Positions 40,310 to 52,879 of a stretch of 64,000 nucleotides of DNA are shown piece by piece (position 1 is the first letter of the stretch; each line of letters starts with the position of its first letter). The DNA is taken from positions 38,006,001 through 38,070,000 of the forward strand of contig CM060734.1 of assembly GCA_030704615.1 (NCBI GenBank). The letters run 5' to 3'. A program made the position numbers and the translations under genes. Under the pieces are notes generated by a model. The model made no database searches, had not been told where the DNA came from, and saw only the letters and a list, made by a program, of their open reading frames with translations. The DNA comes from Takakia lepidozioides. Lineage: Eukaryota; Plantae; Bryophyta.

Positions 40310-42999
40310 TTGGAGGAAAGGGCCCGGTCGGTTCTACATACTCAGCCGGCTGACTATGGCATCACCATGACAGCACCGAAGGTCTCCTTCCAAACATACA
40401 TGAGGAAATTGAGAGCCATAGTGTGGCAATCTTGTTTCTTCAGAGAGTTCAACAAGGAGGGTGGCATCAGTCGAACAAATGAGCTTGACCAGCAAGAGAA
40501 AGGAGAGGAAGCCTGGACGATGCTTTTACAGGTGCGAAATGGACTGTGCTTCTTTGTTTTGCAAATATCACTCTCCTCCATCCAACCTGTTTTGGGCTGG
40601 CTCATATGAGTTTGCGGTGCCGCACACTCATTTGTTCTATCCGTGTGTAGTAACACCAAGGTGCACACCCTGGGCCCTTCAGGCTATTTTGTATGCGGTG
40701 GTTGCACTGTATTGTGCCGCATACTGTTTTAGGGGGTCTTCTTGATGTGGTGGAAAAGCTGAGAGACAATAATTGCATTGCATAATGAGGCTGTCTCTGT
40801 TCCTGCAGGTACATAAAGTTTGTTCTCATGGAAGAGAACTGCTTGGACAAACATCCTGATTTCGTGGACGTTTGGCTTCTCCTTGCTGACAACCAGACCA
40901 TGTTTACTACTGGGATCTTGCATGACTGGGGCCCAGACCATCTTTATGCTTGTGGTTGGTATTTGGATTGCCCTCCTTCTGCGACCCCAGCTCAGGAGGT
41001 ATCTTTGAGGAGAGAGAATGAGCGTATAGCAGCCATCGTCGCAGCAGCCGACCTCGGCATTCATGATAGAAATTTGCGGACTCTTGCAGAGAAGGAGCCT
41101 CCCGTTCAGGATACCCCGGGTAGAGGTAGAAAGGAAAATGCAAAGGATGTTGCTAGTGGTGTGGGGAAAGGAAGGGGTAGGGGGAAGGGGGCACAAGGGC
41201 AGGTAGGTGGGCAGGGAAGTGTTGCAGATACTGGCCCTGTGGTGCATGTCCAGCAGACTCCACCGCATGGTAGGGGATCCGGGAGAAAGAACAAGGGGGT
41301 GGTTGATCCCAAAGACCCGTACCATGCAGTGGAGCATCCCACGAGGGTCATTCGCCCTACCAAGTTGGAGATGGCCAACGTCGGGTTCCTTGCCATGATG
41401 GAGTCCAAGAAATCTGATTATAAGGGCGAGCCATCACCAGTGTGGGAGAGGATTGTGGAGTTCCTCGGCACGGTGCGTGTTGTCTTTTGCTTCTTTTCTG
41501 TTGTGGGCATGGATCGTTTCAATCCTCTTGAGCATTCCATTGTATTCTTGTTTGCAGGCTAAAATGACCAAATCCTAGGTGAACGGGAATGAGAAGCCAT
41601 ATGCAACTAAAGTCATCATCTTGGACATCCCTGATGGGTTGCCAGTACCGGATGTCCCTCCATCAGGTGCTTGTCCAGGTTGGAATGCTTTTGATGAGCG
41701 CTACTGACGGTGGGTTTTCTCCTTTTGCAATTTCTTTCTGTCCGATGCAGGTGTTTTGGTGCTCATCCAGTCCATCGACCTTCGCTGTCGCCGTGCACTT
41801 GCTAGCTATTTGAAAGCCTCCGGTATGAGGGTCGTGAAGACATGGAATTGTGTGAACAACATGTACCTGACGAAGGGGGATCGTCCGGGAGAGATGGTAA
41901 ATTTGCCTTCTTGTTCCTCTTCTTGGTGGTTCTCGGATGGAGTTGCATAGGTCGCTCAAACTCATATGTAGGGGCCTGGTTTTGAAGCTTCTTAGTTCCT
42001 TGTGGATGTCATGTTCGCAGACTCTTTTGTTTGAAGCTGTTTGTCTCGTCCGAGTGCATCCACCTATGACTCCGGCCGTCATTAGGGAGTTCGCCATCAC
42101 TCATGGGGGCAAGTTCATAGACAAGAGGACAGATCCTCCCACGGATGACATGCACCACAACTACGTCGACAGCAACGTGTGCTTGCGAAGGGGGAATGGG
42201 GTTCCTTGGAGAGGGGCGAGGGAGAGGAGCCCAGCTTTCATTCAAACGATTGTGGAGTGCTGCATCTACACAGACGCCAGAGTTCTGGATTTGACAATGG
42301 GCACAGGTTCGTCTCTTCAACATTCACATTTCATGAGGTTTGTTTGAGCTTGCACTTTCAACACTTCCCACCGTTCCAAATGTGTCTTAAATGTCTGTTT
42401 CCTTTATTCTATTCCACTGCAGGTGCTTCGTACCACGCTTGCAAGGCCAGTGCGCGACATCTCTTTGGGATTGAAGGGGATGCCGAGATTTACAAAAACC
42501 TCCTGATGGGTTTGGATGGACACACTCTCAAGTCCTTCCGAAGCCCCTTCCCGGTGATATTGATACAGGGGAGACTTTCGACAAAGAGCTGGACTCCGAC
42601 TTTGCCTGTGAGTAAGTTCAACCTGTGGATGCTTGCATTGTTGTTTCAATATCCAGAATCACTGTTCTTAAGGCAAAGTGTACATGGGAGACATCCTCTT
42701 CATTGGACTTGTGCATTGCATCATTGTGTTCAAAATGGGTTTTTGTCGACTTGTGCAGGAGTCCGCGTGCTTCCACTAACCCTCCAGGGCTATCACACCT
42801 ATTTGGACTTCTTTCAAGTCCTCCTCGGTCTTATGTGCTACCTGTCTATGCGGAGGCACTCGCAGCAAGCATGTCCGTTCATGGCACTCGCAGTCCACCC
42901 ATCGACGGCCGTGGTAGAAGACGTGGTGTTGGGGCCAGAGTCTTTGTGGATGACATAGCACAGGAGGTCGAGACTGATTCTGATGACTATGACACTTGA
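40310..42999 (+). pseudogene. Spliced beta-class (N4C/N6A-type) DNA methyltransferase-like gene
   Basis: In order: G/R/K-rich linker, VIILDIPDG (41612-41638, motif IV position), WNAF, DGVLVL..KTWN, FEAVCLVR, RERSPAFIQTIVECC..RVLDLTMGTG|ASYHACKASARHLFGIEGD (motifs X, I, II). GT-AG introns; in-frame TAG near 41576; start uncertain. Confidence 0.75.
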
Positions 43000-45199
43000 T
43001 ATGAAGTTTTCTTTTGCTTTTATTCGGGGCCAATTTTGAAATGGGATGGTTGTGTGTCCTTATTGTCCCGTTTGCAATGTGTGCGTGGGATGCAAATTCA
43101 TGGGAACAAACTATCGTTGGAGATGGGGGTTGCATGGATTGCCCGGATTGTTCCTTCATTAGTGTTTTGCAGAGCTCACAGGCTTGTGTGCATTGCAAAA
43201 ACAAACAAACGACTTTGGTTCGGGTAGAGCATTCTCGCATCATTTGCTCGTTGGTCTCCAAACCATTCCTGCTATAAGAATGCTTGGTAAATCCATCACG
43301 TTGAAGTCCACGTGATCAAAAAACGTTCAGGCATTCTCGATTCTGGTGAGCATCCATGATGCTCCCGCACATACCTGGCATGTTCGCAAGGGTGGTGAGT
43401 AAGAAAAAATTTCGTACGGATCTGCTTTGGATGATGTCAATGTGCACCTGCTCACGACGTAGCCACATTCCAATGTAGGGGCTTGATATGTTGATAACGT
43501 CTAAATGGATGCAATGGATAAAAAGGATGGATACAATGGATGTAACACATCCAGTCTGCATTCCCTGGAAATGACTGATCAACCCGCGGTAATAGGTGAC
43601 ACTCGCAGAAATAGGCCCTGTATGCATGCTGACGTGGCGTGAGCCCGTGCTGGACTCACGGTTTCCTGGGCTCACAGGCTCACGGAATAGCACCCCCCCC
43701 AGAAATCCGTCCGTCATCCCTCCTCTCTGTCTCGCTGACCAATCTTCCCTTTCCTTCCTTGATCAAGTGATCTCGTCAACCAGTAACCAGCCACCTGAAC
43801 CTCGCAGTTGTTCTCTATGGCCGTCACATGGCACTGTAACAGGTGTCCCCACCTATCACTCAACCGGAGTCCCATGGCTTTTCACCCAGTCCCGTTCAAA
43901 TTAGTAAGAGTGCCATAACACCTTATGTGTGGGATCAAGGAGCTTTGCAAGCACGTCACATGCTTGATAAGAATGATGAGGATCACTTGATCATAGGTAC
44001 ACAACTGCGAAAGGATTGGTGGCTGATATTCATTCAGCAGTATGTACTCGACATATTCTCTAGGAATGACTAACTGTTTTGTCGCTTCAACTTTAATATG
44101 ATACGTGGTATTCATCAATATCTGGGGCATTTCACCCAAACGCATCACTTTGGCTTCGAAGCAGCTGCTCGGTACCGACATTTAGTCGATGTGGTTCGGT
44201 CATTTTCATCCTTACCTATTTATCGGCGGGGAGGTAATCAAAGAAAGGAGAAAAAAATATGGAAAAGCCCCCTCCAACCCTCGATCTATCATTCCATCAT
44301 TCCAACCTTTACTTCCTCCTTCCCCTCCTTGGACTCCCTATAGTATAGGCCTGAACCACTCCTGTGCCCATCAACAAGGTCAGTAAGGACGACAAAAAGG
44401 CTTAAAGGACTTGGGAGATAGAATCATAATTAGTGAATTTTTCTCTTAGTTATGTGAGGGACATTAATGGACGGAATCGCCCTCATCCATGGATTACGTA
44501 AATTGCCCGTAGCAAATATTGTAATCTTAGATTAAGCGTATGCTGAGTTCCCATACCGTAGGACAGCCAAATGCCTTCTGACACTATTTATTTACTCGAT
44601 GCTATGTCATACTCGCACTAATGCCTCTGAATGCGATCAGTGTACTCATATATTACTTCACTCGCATTAATGATGCTCGAAACAAGAATGAAGATCCAGT
44701 AGAGGTCGTTCCCATGCATGGATATCGTTTTTCAGTAAAGCCCCACGCACTAAAATCCCAATTGATGTTTTCAAAGGTTTTTTCAAGTGAGGTTGGGTAA
44801 CAAATGAGCATGCTTGCGTGAGCACAAATGAATATACCGCATATTCCTAAGATGCCTTTCAAATATTCTTCAACGAATCGAAAATTGAGAAACTAAAAAA
44901 TTTGCAAAACTATTTTTAACTACTCACATAGGTCCTCACAGCAACCCTTAAGAAACAAGTAACCCCCCTTACATGATAAACATGCTACCCTATAGGCATG
45001 GAATTTCCTCACGCCATGCTCACCCGATACTAGGCCCTTTCTGCAATAGACTTGAGAAAAGGCCGCTCGAACTCCAAGAAACTACTAGTTAATTTTAATT
45101 TCTCAGTGCAAAATTGAAAAGTAGATCAGATAGTTTATCATTCTGGTGGAATTGCACCCTGTAAATGCACCGTGCCTCAAAACATGCAACTCCTATGAT

Positions 45200-45500
45200 C
45201 GCGATTTAAAAACATACAACCCCCATGACCGTGGGTTGTGCTCACAGTGTGCTCACATTATACCAACCCCTTTTCAAAGTCATGCATAAGCAAGGCTAAC
45301 TGCTGCTTGCCTTGTGCAAAACTACATTCACAAAAGCAAATTGTCCACCTAGGATTATACAATTCTTGAGATAAACCCGTTTGCTCAGGCATGAATTTGG
45401 GAAGAGATTGGAGATTAAGTGCCAAGGCCTTCGCAATAATCTTGTAAGAAGAGTTAAGAGTTAAGAAGGGTGATCGGACAGTAGTGGGAGATGAGTTCAT
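45200..45500 (-). pseudogene. LINE (L1-like) reverse transcriptase fragment
   Basis: LNSSYKIIAKALA..PEQTG..DFEK motifs typical of the L1 ORF2 RT N-terminus; degenerate. Confidence 0.75.
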
Positions 45501-46188
45501 GATTTTCTTTTTTGAAGATTAAGGTTATGAAGAAATTGCAAAGGATAAATCAGCTTAAAGCTTAGAATAAAATTCAAGTATGAAATATCTGTAATTCATT
45601 GTTTTTGGAGGCTCCTGAATAGCAATCAGCCCTCACTTATGGTCGTATATTGACCATAGTTCGATTAAAAGAATATCCAACATGTTTGCAGTGAGGAAGA
45701 GAGAAGTGGGGCACTCTTGGAGCATTTCACTGTGAAGAGGGTTGCCATCTCTAATGCTAGAATGCAAAAGAAGAGCATGCTTTGTTTGCCGTTGCCGTCT
45801 CTATTAGTGACTTACTGTTTAGTAATTAACCGGTCATTGAGCAGATTTACCCTGAGATTAAGGGTGCCTTTCCTAATTTCAAACCCTAGAATAAAATCCA
45901 TTAAAGATATATAATAAAGAATATTACCTTAGGATAAAGTAATGATATGTTTGTTTTGCGAGGGTTGGGTATATGCACATACTTATTGAGGTTTAACGTC
46001 TGGGTATAATGGCGAAAAATGGGTATCCTGCCAACATTGCAGCTGACTCATTCTCCAGGTCGAAATCTGGCGATTTTTCGCCAGATAAATAAAACACTGA
46101 TAATACTGTCCCAAGATAAGCCAGGGATATAAGCTTAAACGTGAACTTAGCATACATTAGTTTAATGTGACAGGGAAGAGCTGGTGCT

Positions 46189-48150
46189 TCAGAGAAGAGG
46201 GGGCAGGATCACCCACCTTCGTGGGTACTTGATCCGACCGTCCATGCCATCAAATATCTGCCAAAGATCCACGGAGTAATAAAGTAAGACTATTTGAAGC
46301 TGCAAGAGTTGACAAATTTCAAAGGCAGCAAGAGTTGGTCTAGGAAAAGTATAAAGACAATCTATAGGAAGATACTAGGAACTAAACCCATCGTATCCGT
46401 ATCCACTTCACATATGGTTCTACCCAAAGACCCTCCGATCTCGGTAACAAGGAGTATGTTCCTTGGCTCACTGGCCCTGCCTACAGCTGGAACTACACGT
46501 AGGGCTTACATCCTATATCATGAAGTGTGTTACGATAACAGATTCTAGTCGTGCCATGAGGCTCTTTCAGGTAGAGCACTGAGAGGTGATTTTCATGCCT
46601 GATTTCGAAACGGAGCACGAGAGGAGATGGCGTTATAAATAATTTTCGAGCTGTAAATAATACAGAACTCGTCCATTCAACATTACCAAATACTGCATCG
46701 GCATGCATTGTGTATTCTTAGATATTAATGACAAGCAGGCCAAAAAGAGGTCAATGAACGAGGTGTGTAGATACCTTTTCTAAGCGTTTGTGCTTCTGAA
46801 GGGCCCAGAGAGTCATGACGTAAATTGACGCTGCGGCAAAGAGGTAACCTGTTAACGTCTGCGTGGCGAGGTTGAATCCAACCCACTGGTAGATCTCGGT
46901 TGTGTAGTTTGCACACGTCACATAGTTAAACAGGAAGCCTGATGGAATCTGGTAGCCTCCCTTTCCATCTGGTGGCCGCAAGTTCTTCAAGATGATGTGG
47001 CAGTAAAAGTTTGCAAGCTGGCTCACAATTGAGATTGCAAAACCCACATACATTTGCTTCTTGCCGACAGGGGTGTACAAAGGGTGGTTTACGAAGTAGG
47101 CTATACAGGCTCCATATCCCCAGTAATGGAAGCAGTTCCGGTACACATTGGCACGAGGAGAAGTTGCATGACTGAATCGATGGACAAAGAAGGTTTCGAA
47201 AATTCGTTTGGAGAAGTGAAAGCACCACGCATAGAGAGCATAAGTCTGGACAGGGTGAGTAATCTCGCGGGATGGGAGGCCAAAGAATGTATAAATCTCG
47301 GGGTAGTAATAGAAGATGGGGTACAATAGAAGTGGACCAACATATTCAAGGTAAAAAAGGGTGCTGTATGCCACTTGAGGTCCCAAGTCTTTGAAGACCA
47401 CCTGTGGGTTTGCATAGGTGAAACAGTCCTTCAGCTTCTTGTTGCCTTCCAGAACAGTAGGGCGCTTTTGGCTGGGATCGATCACAGGAAGAGTGAGCCG
47501 TTGTCGTTCTGGGTAGTACTTGTGATCTGTGATAAAAGCATCTTGCTTTTTAGCACCATATCTGCACTACTGTGTACAGTTTCTTGAATGAAACATGACT
47601 GAAACAACGAGAAGCCACAAATAGGAAAACTCAAGGTACCAAGGGACAAGGAAACAAAAAGCAGCCACTTAAAGCAGCCACTTAAAGCAGGCCCTTAAAG
47701 CAGCCACTTACTGCGCCTCTGAATGGCCTTCTTGAGATCAGACACTGTGCCCTGCAACTCATCAAAGCACAAAGTGTAATGTAAGAGAGAAGATTGTCTG
47801 GAGGAAACAAGATCTTTTTTTACCTAACCAGATCAGCCTCACATGTCAGTCTTTCATCTCCTTAAAGCCAAAGATAAAGTTAAGAACATGGTTTATCTAC
47901 AACCAAGAATCCTGAAACGTTCCTACAGCCTTACACGGCACATGTGTACGCTTCAGACCAGCTATCCTTGTCAAATTTATTCTGCAGCAAGGGCCCGTAG
48001 TTGTTAAGAAGGACTTTGGAAGGGAATAAATACCAAATTGACACCGTTCCCTTTCCTCCGTCCAACGTAAGGATTTTCGACCGCTTTCCCTTGGCGGGCG
48101 CATGTCTGCACTCGTCTTCTATATGCCGCTTCTGTTAAATAAATCATCAT
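46189..48150 (-). CDS. ECR: Very-long-chain trans-2,3-enoyl-CoA reductase (ECR/CER10/TSC13 family), 4 exons
   Basis: Exons 47751-47712 ([13 protein letters not shown]), 47526-46775 ([44 protein letters not shown]), 46257-46189 ([17 protein letters not shown]), GT-AG and in phase. First exon 48150-48034 is tentative. Confidence 0.92.
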
Positions 48151-49420
48151 CTCTCTCCGTCTCTCTCCTCAGAACGTCTCGTCTATGCCTCTCATACAAG
48201 TGAAAACTGAAGGGTCGTTCCTGTCACCCATTAGTCTTGCTCAGGGTGCAGGCTGACGCACCCACACCATTGCACCAGGTGCAATATTCATGACAGAAAT
48301 AACTCCTTATAAGAGTTGTATATAAATGCTGCAGCGGATCGAGTTCTCTCACCAAAGAGGAAAAGAGGAACGACTACGAGTCCCCTTGTTCACAAACGGA
48401 TTTGGTGCTCTAGACCACAAACAGTGGAATATCATCCTCCCATATCTTAATAGCCATCATATCAGGCGTCATTGCAAAGGGAGTGCGCACCGGATGCATG
48501 ACTAAATGCAGACATATGCATGTATGATTGTCGCAGTTTTGGAGATTAATTATATGGGAGTCCTGCCAAGTCGTCAACCTTCAGCCATCACTACTGCATC
48601 TCTCTGCATTTACAATCTGCCATACAAGAAACAGGACGTGGGAAGAACGCCCTTCCTGGCTGGCCGACATCCTCGAAAACACCCATAGGTCATTACAATG
48701 TGAAAAGAGCAGTGAGAAACTCCTTAAACCAAACGAGCAGAGCGAATAATGTAGGGAGAAGGGAGGCACACATCATCGGACACTTCAACACCGCCTTTGA
48801 TGATCTCCTTGCCATCGCGGCCCACCACTTGTATCCACCGGGCCCGCTCCGCTATCTTCATCGACAACCTTCGCACACACGGCTGCGGACACAAAAGATG
48901 ACAATGAACCACTCCAAACCCACCCGCAGCACGCTCACCAAACACCAATAACCCCCAGGAACACCTCCTAGAAACAGGCCACAAACACCAAAAAAGTTGA
49001 CGCCTAGGAGGAAGCGTAAATTGCGAACTAGGGCACTCGCCGCGTGGAAGGCGATTACCCACTTCATGGAGAGAGCACGACGGCACGTGGATGAAACTAG
49101 GATGGAAATGATCCCACATGCAATGATTAACAGGGAAGACAATCAATTCCTACGTCATATCTGCGCCAGAAGAGATCCTGGCCGTTGAAAACGTCAGATC
49201 CGTCCTCTCATACATTACCCCATAGAGGCCCACAAAATTTGTACCCCTGGCCCTGGCCACCTTTTTATTCATTACTAAAGCTTTGTTAAAATCAACAGAA
49301 CTTAACCGTTCCATCATGTTTTAAGCTATATCCGTTACCTCCACCTCAAATTTATGCTAATTTCCGCGTTGTTATCCCCATGTAATGATAGAGAGCTTGC
49401 GGGATATTATCGCGGGAGAG

Positions 49421-51091
49421 TGTTAACCACTTGTTTATGACTTAGACAAAATAGACTTTCAACTCTACAGCCCATTTCCCAAGACATGCAACAGAGGTTG
49501 TACGACGGTATGCCTTCTGAAACGATTACAGATTAATCGTTTGAAAGATAGCTAAACCCCGGTAGTCGGTAGTCGTATGAATCAACATCTCTGCAGGTTG
49601 CTTAATCCTATTAATTATGTCCAATCCGTAGTCTCATCAGCAAAAACGGTCTTAGCCGGAAAGGCTGGAGTCTCTTTGTTCATACAGTCATACAGTATTC
49701 AAAACAAACAAGATCTATTCTGCGATGATACACATTCTCACCATCTCACGTTCTCTCATAATGCACATTCTCTCCATCTCACACTCACTCTATTCACAGA
49801 GATACTTGGAATAGCATGGCTTTACTTCAGAGTTCATCTCATCATAACATAAGTACACATCGAATCACTCTGAGTCCACTGGATACACACTGATCACCGA
49901 TACCTTCTAAGTTGCTTGCAGCCCTTTTATACTATGCTCGAAAGAGCCGTTACAGCCTACAGTCATTACTGACCGTTGCCTAACTGCCTACGCAACCTAA
50001 AGGGTTTGCCAAAAAGTGGCTCGTGATATTGGTCGTGACTTGTGTACCATAGTGGTACACGGTCCACGGCCCTTCACTACTTCTTCTATTAGTAAAGCCT
50101 ATGCTACCATGGTCGTGTGATATCGTGGTTCACGGCCCATGGCTGCTACACTACCTACTACTGCTCCCGTGGTAGTGTACCCTTGTTCCGCCGTTTGCTA
50201 AGTGTCGCGCACTTAGCATTTCCTGCCCGTGACTCTCGCTGCCCGGCCCTCGTAGTTGTGTCATACTTAGCCGTTATCATTTATCCCCCCCCTCTCTTTT
50301 GAAATTGTGTCCGCACAATTTCGTCAGTTCAAGGGTTTGTTGTGTCTCTTGTACTTTAGCCACTCATAATCCTGCTTGTATGGCATGATTTGGAAATCAT
50401 CCACTGCTACTGAAGTTGATGCCACCAGAACACTTGGTAATGGTTTACCTCCTGAGTAGATGGCCCTGTTGTGGCCTATATCGGTGCCTGTTGACTTGGT
50501 GGTGGTTGTGTTGTTGGTGGTGTTGGTGTTGGTGTGATTGTATTGGTGCTTCTTGTTCATGGTCTTGCTCCTCTTGGTCGTCCTCATTCGTGAGCTCCTC
50601 TTGTTCTTGAATTGGTGGCAGGAATTCCTCGTGAATGTCTATCACCAATTTCGCCAACTGACACTTCATTTGTTTTATCATTGCCTTGTTGAGTTTCTTC
50701 ATTTCTAGTTCACTTCCTTCATTGCCAAGGCTGCGTCTGCTACATCCAGCCCTGCTTGCAATGTCAGCTTCTTTAGCTGCTGCTTCCATTCATGTTCGTT
50801 GTGTAATGCAATTTCTCTCTCTGTGTTAGCTGTGAATAGCCTACTTTCTGCATTTTCCCTTTCTCTCAACAGTACAGTATTGCATGAGAGCCACTTGGTT
50901 CCCTGTTCTTTGGCAGTCCTCAGCTGCCCCTTGAGTGTATCCACATGTCCATTAAGTGTCTGCACCTGTCCTGTGAGTGTTTTCACCTCTATCTCCGTTT
51001 TCCGAGATCGCTCTCTTTCTGCATCGAGGTCGGCTTGGACATTGCATGTTTCCCACCTCTGTTCCCACTCATCTCGGCGTTCTATTAAAGT
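49421..51091 (-). mobile_element. Family B Gypsy 3' end (LTR 49421-50279, PPT, internally deleted accessory ORF)
   Basis: Reverse-complement homologue of 28760-29530 and 30375-31305. Confidence 0.88.
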
Positions 51092-52879
51092 TGTCAAGTT
51101 ATTTTACCACTAGTGTGAAACTAGCTAGGAAATAGCTAGGAAATAGCTAGCTTTTACATATTGACATTTGGGATTGGCCCAAGTGTCAATCTAGGGGTCA
51201 AGGCAGATTTAGGCCCTGGAGTGGTTATCTTCACAGCAAGCGCGGGAGGCTCATCTTTCTCGAGTTGAGCCTCACCGCGCCTAGCTATGGAGCCGTAGTA
51301 TGGATTCCCCATGGCGTGGGGTGCACTTGGCTTGACTTGTATTTGAGTGATGAGGTTATATATGCATGAGTTTCTGCTTTAGCTTTGTGAGCTCGCATGA
51401 GCTTGCGCTTGTATTCTTCTTCTTTATCACTCGAGAAAGATGAGCTCGTATCTGTGAGTGCCAGATACGAGTTAGTTGTAGCACTTGTGGTTTTTGCTTG
51501 AGAATGATAGAAACCAGGTTGTTATACAAGGAGCACCGTGGAGCTCTTGGTTGTTAGAAGCGGAGGCGATGTGGGTTACGAGGTGGTAGACCTTGGCATT
51601 CGATCTTCAGCTTCAGAGATGAAAGCACCATGCTGCAGGTAATTCCAGAGCACCTTGATGGTTTCAAATTGTGTACATGCATGAGCAAGCACGATTGGGA
51701 AGAGGACCAGTCAAAAGCAGGTTATAGTGGCTTTGGTGGCAAAGCTAAGAACTGGACTTGGGAATGCGAGCTTTCATTGTGTGAAGGATTGCAAGACCAA
51801 GCGAAAGGGCTGATTTGGCTTGGGGCAATCAGTGCACTTTGTGGAGTATGTTGAGATTGGGTTTCAATCTCGAGCTTCAACATTGAGAGGGCTCTTGTCA
51901 TGGCAAGAGCAGGGTTGGAATAGGAGCTAAGAGGTGCGGCAAGGCCATGGAATGTGCACCTAGGGTTTCAGAGCTTGGAAAAAGAGCTCTTGCACCACAA
52001 GAGGAGTGTCTTGTGGCTGGAAATGTAAGCCTTAGGGTTTCAGGAGCTTGGCAAAGGCTGTGGAGTGCTTAGTCTTGTCTTAGAGAGCATGAAGGAGCCA
52101 AGGAGCCAAGATAGGGGGCTGATACCTCTTGTGTGAAGAGGTTGCATGTGTGGAGCATGTATTTAGCTCATTGAAGCTTCCATCTTCAAGCTTGGAGGGC
52201 AAGCAAGGAAGAGGGAAGGGCTGACTTCCCTTATGTGAGGGCAATGCATGTGTGGAGTATGCTTTCAGCCTGTTGAAGGCTTGTACTTTCAAGTTTGGGA
52301 GTGCAAGAAAGGAAGCAAAGGGGCTGATTCTCTTGTGGTGAGAGTGGGGCATGTGTGGAGCATGCCTTTAGTCCATTGGGCTTTTGTTTTCAAGCTTTAG
52401 AGAACTAGAAGAGAAGGTAAGGGGCTGATCTGCTCTTATGTGACAGTCCGACACTTGTAGAGCGTGTTCTGAGTTGGGGTTTCAATCTCAAGCCTAGATA
52501 GAGCGTGGCTCTTGAAGTGGCAGGTATAGGGGGCTGGAATAGGCTCTAAGACAGATGCTATGGCCAAGGAAAGCGCTTGAATGAGTGCTCACAAGGACTG
52601 GAAACCAGCAAGGCTTGGTTGTTTGCCATTGAGTTTAGTGACGTGTTTGGGGAGTCTAAGTGAGAAAGAAGGCTTGGTTTGTGGCAACCATTTTCCTCAT
52701 GGATTAGGGCTACTATTGGTGGTCTGTGGGAGCCGAAAGAGCAAGAATATCTTGTTGATTTCTTCACAGCCTCCATAGCTCGGTGCAAAGAAGCCTAGAG
52801 TCCAAGAGACACAAACCCTAGCTTGGCGTGGCTAAACCCCTTGGAGAAATGGCTAAACTGTCATGAGTGGCCATGGATG

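Larger units (their letters stand above)
35255..43696. mobile_element. Mutator-like DNA transposon carrying a methyltransferase-like cargo gene
   Basis: Direct repeat CCCCAGAAATCC at 35243-35254 and 43697-43708 (TSD, exact length blurred by a C-run); imperfect inverted ends GTGAGCCCAG..CCGTGAGTC..GCTCACG; two divergent spliced genes inside. Confidence 0.8.
35035..43841 (-). repeat. Small LTR-like repeat (~350 bp) split by the MULE insertion
   Basis: Inverted ends TGTTACAG (35035) and CTGTAACA (43841); PBS-like TGGTATCAAAGC on the minus strand at 35008-35019, but 15 nt from the end, which is unusually far. Confidence 0.45.

Noticed and set aside
40310-42999. Bacterial restriction-modification locus or contamination
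   Set aside because: GT-AG introns conserved between two copies, no endonuclease partner, and embedded in plant transposons.
48400-49400. Gene upstream of ECR
   Set aside because: Broken short ORFs with no recognisable domain or splice structure.
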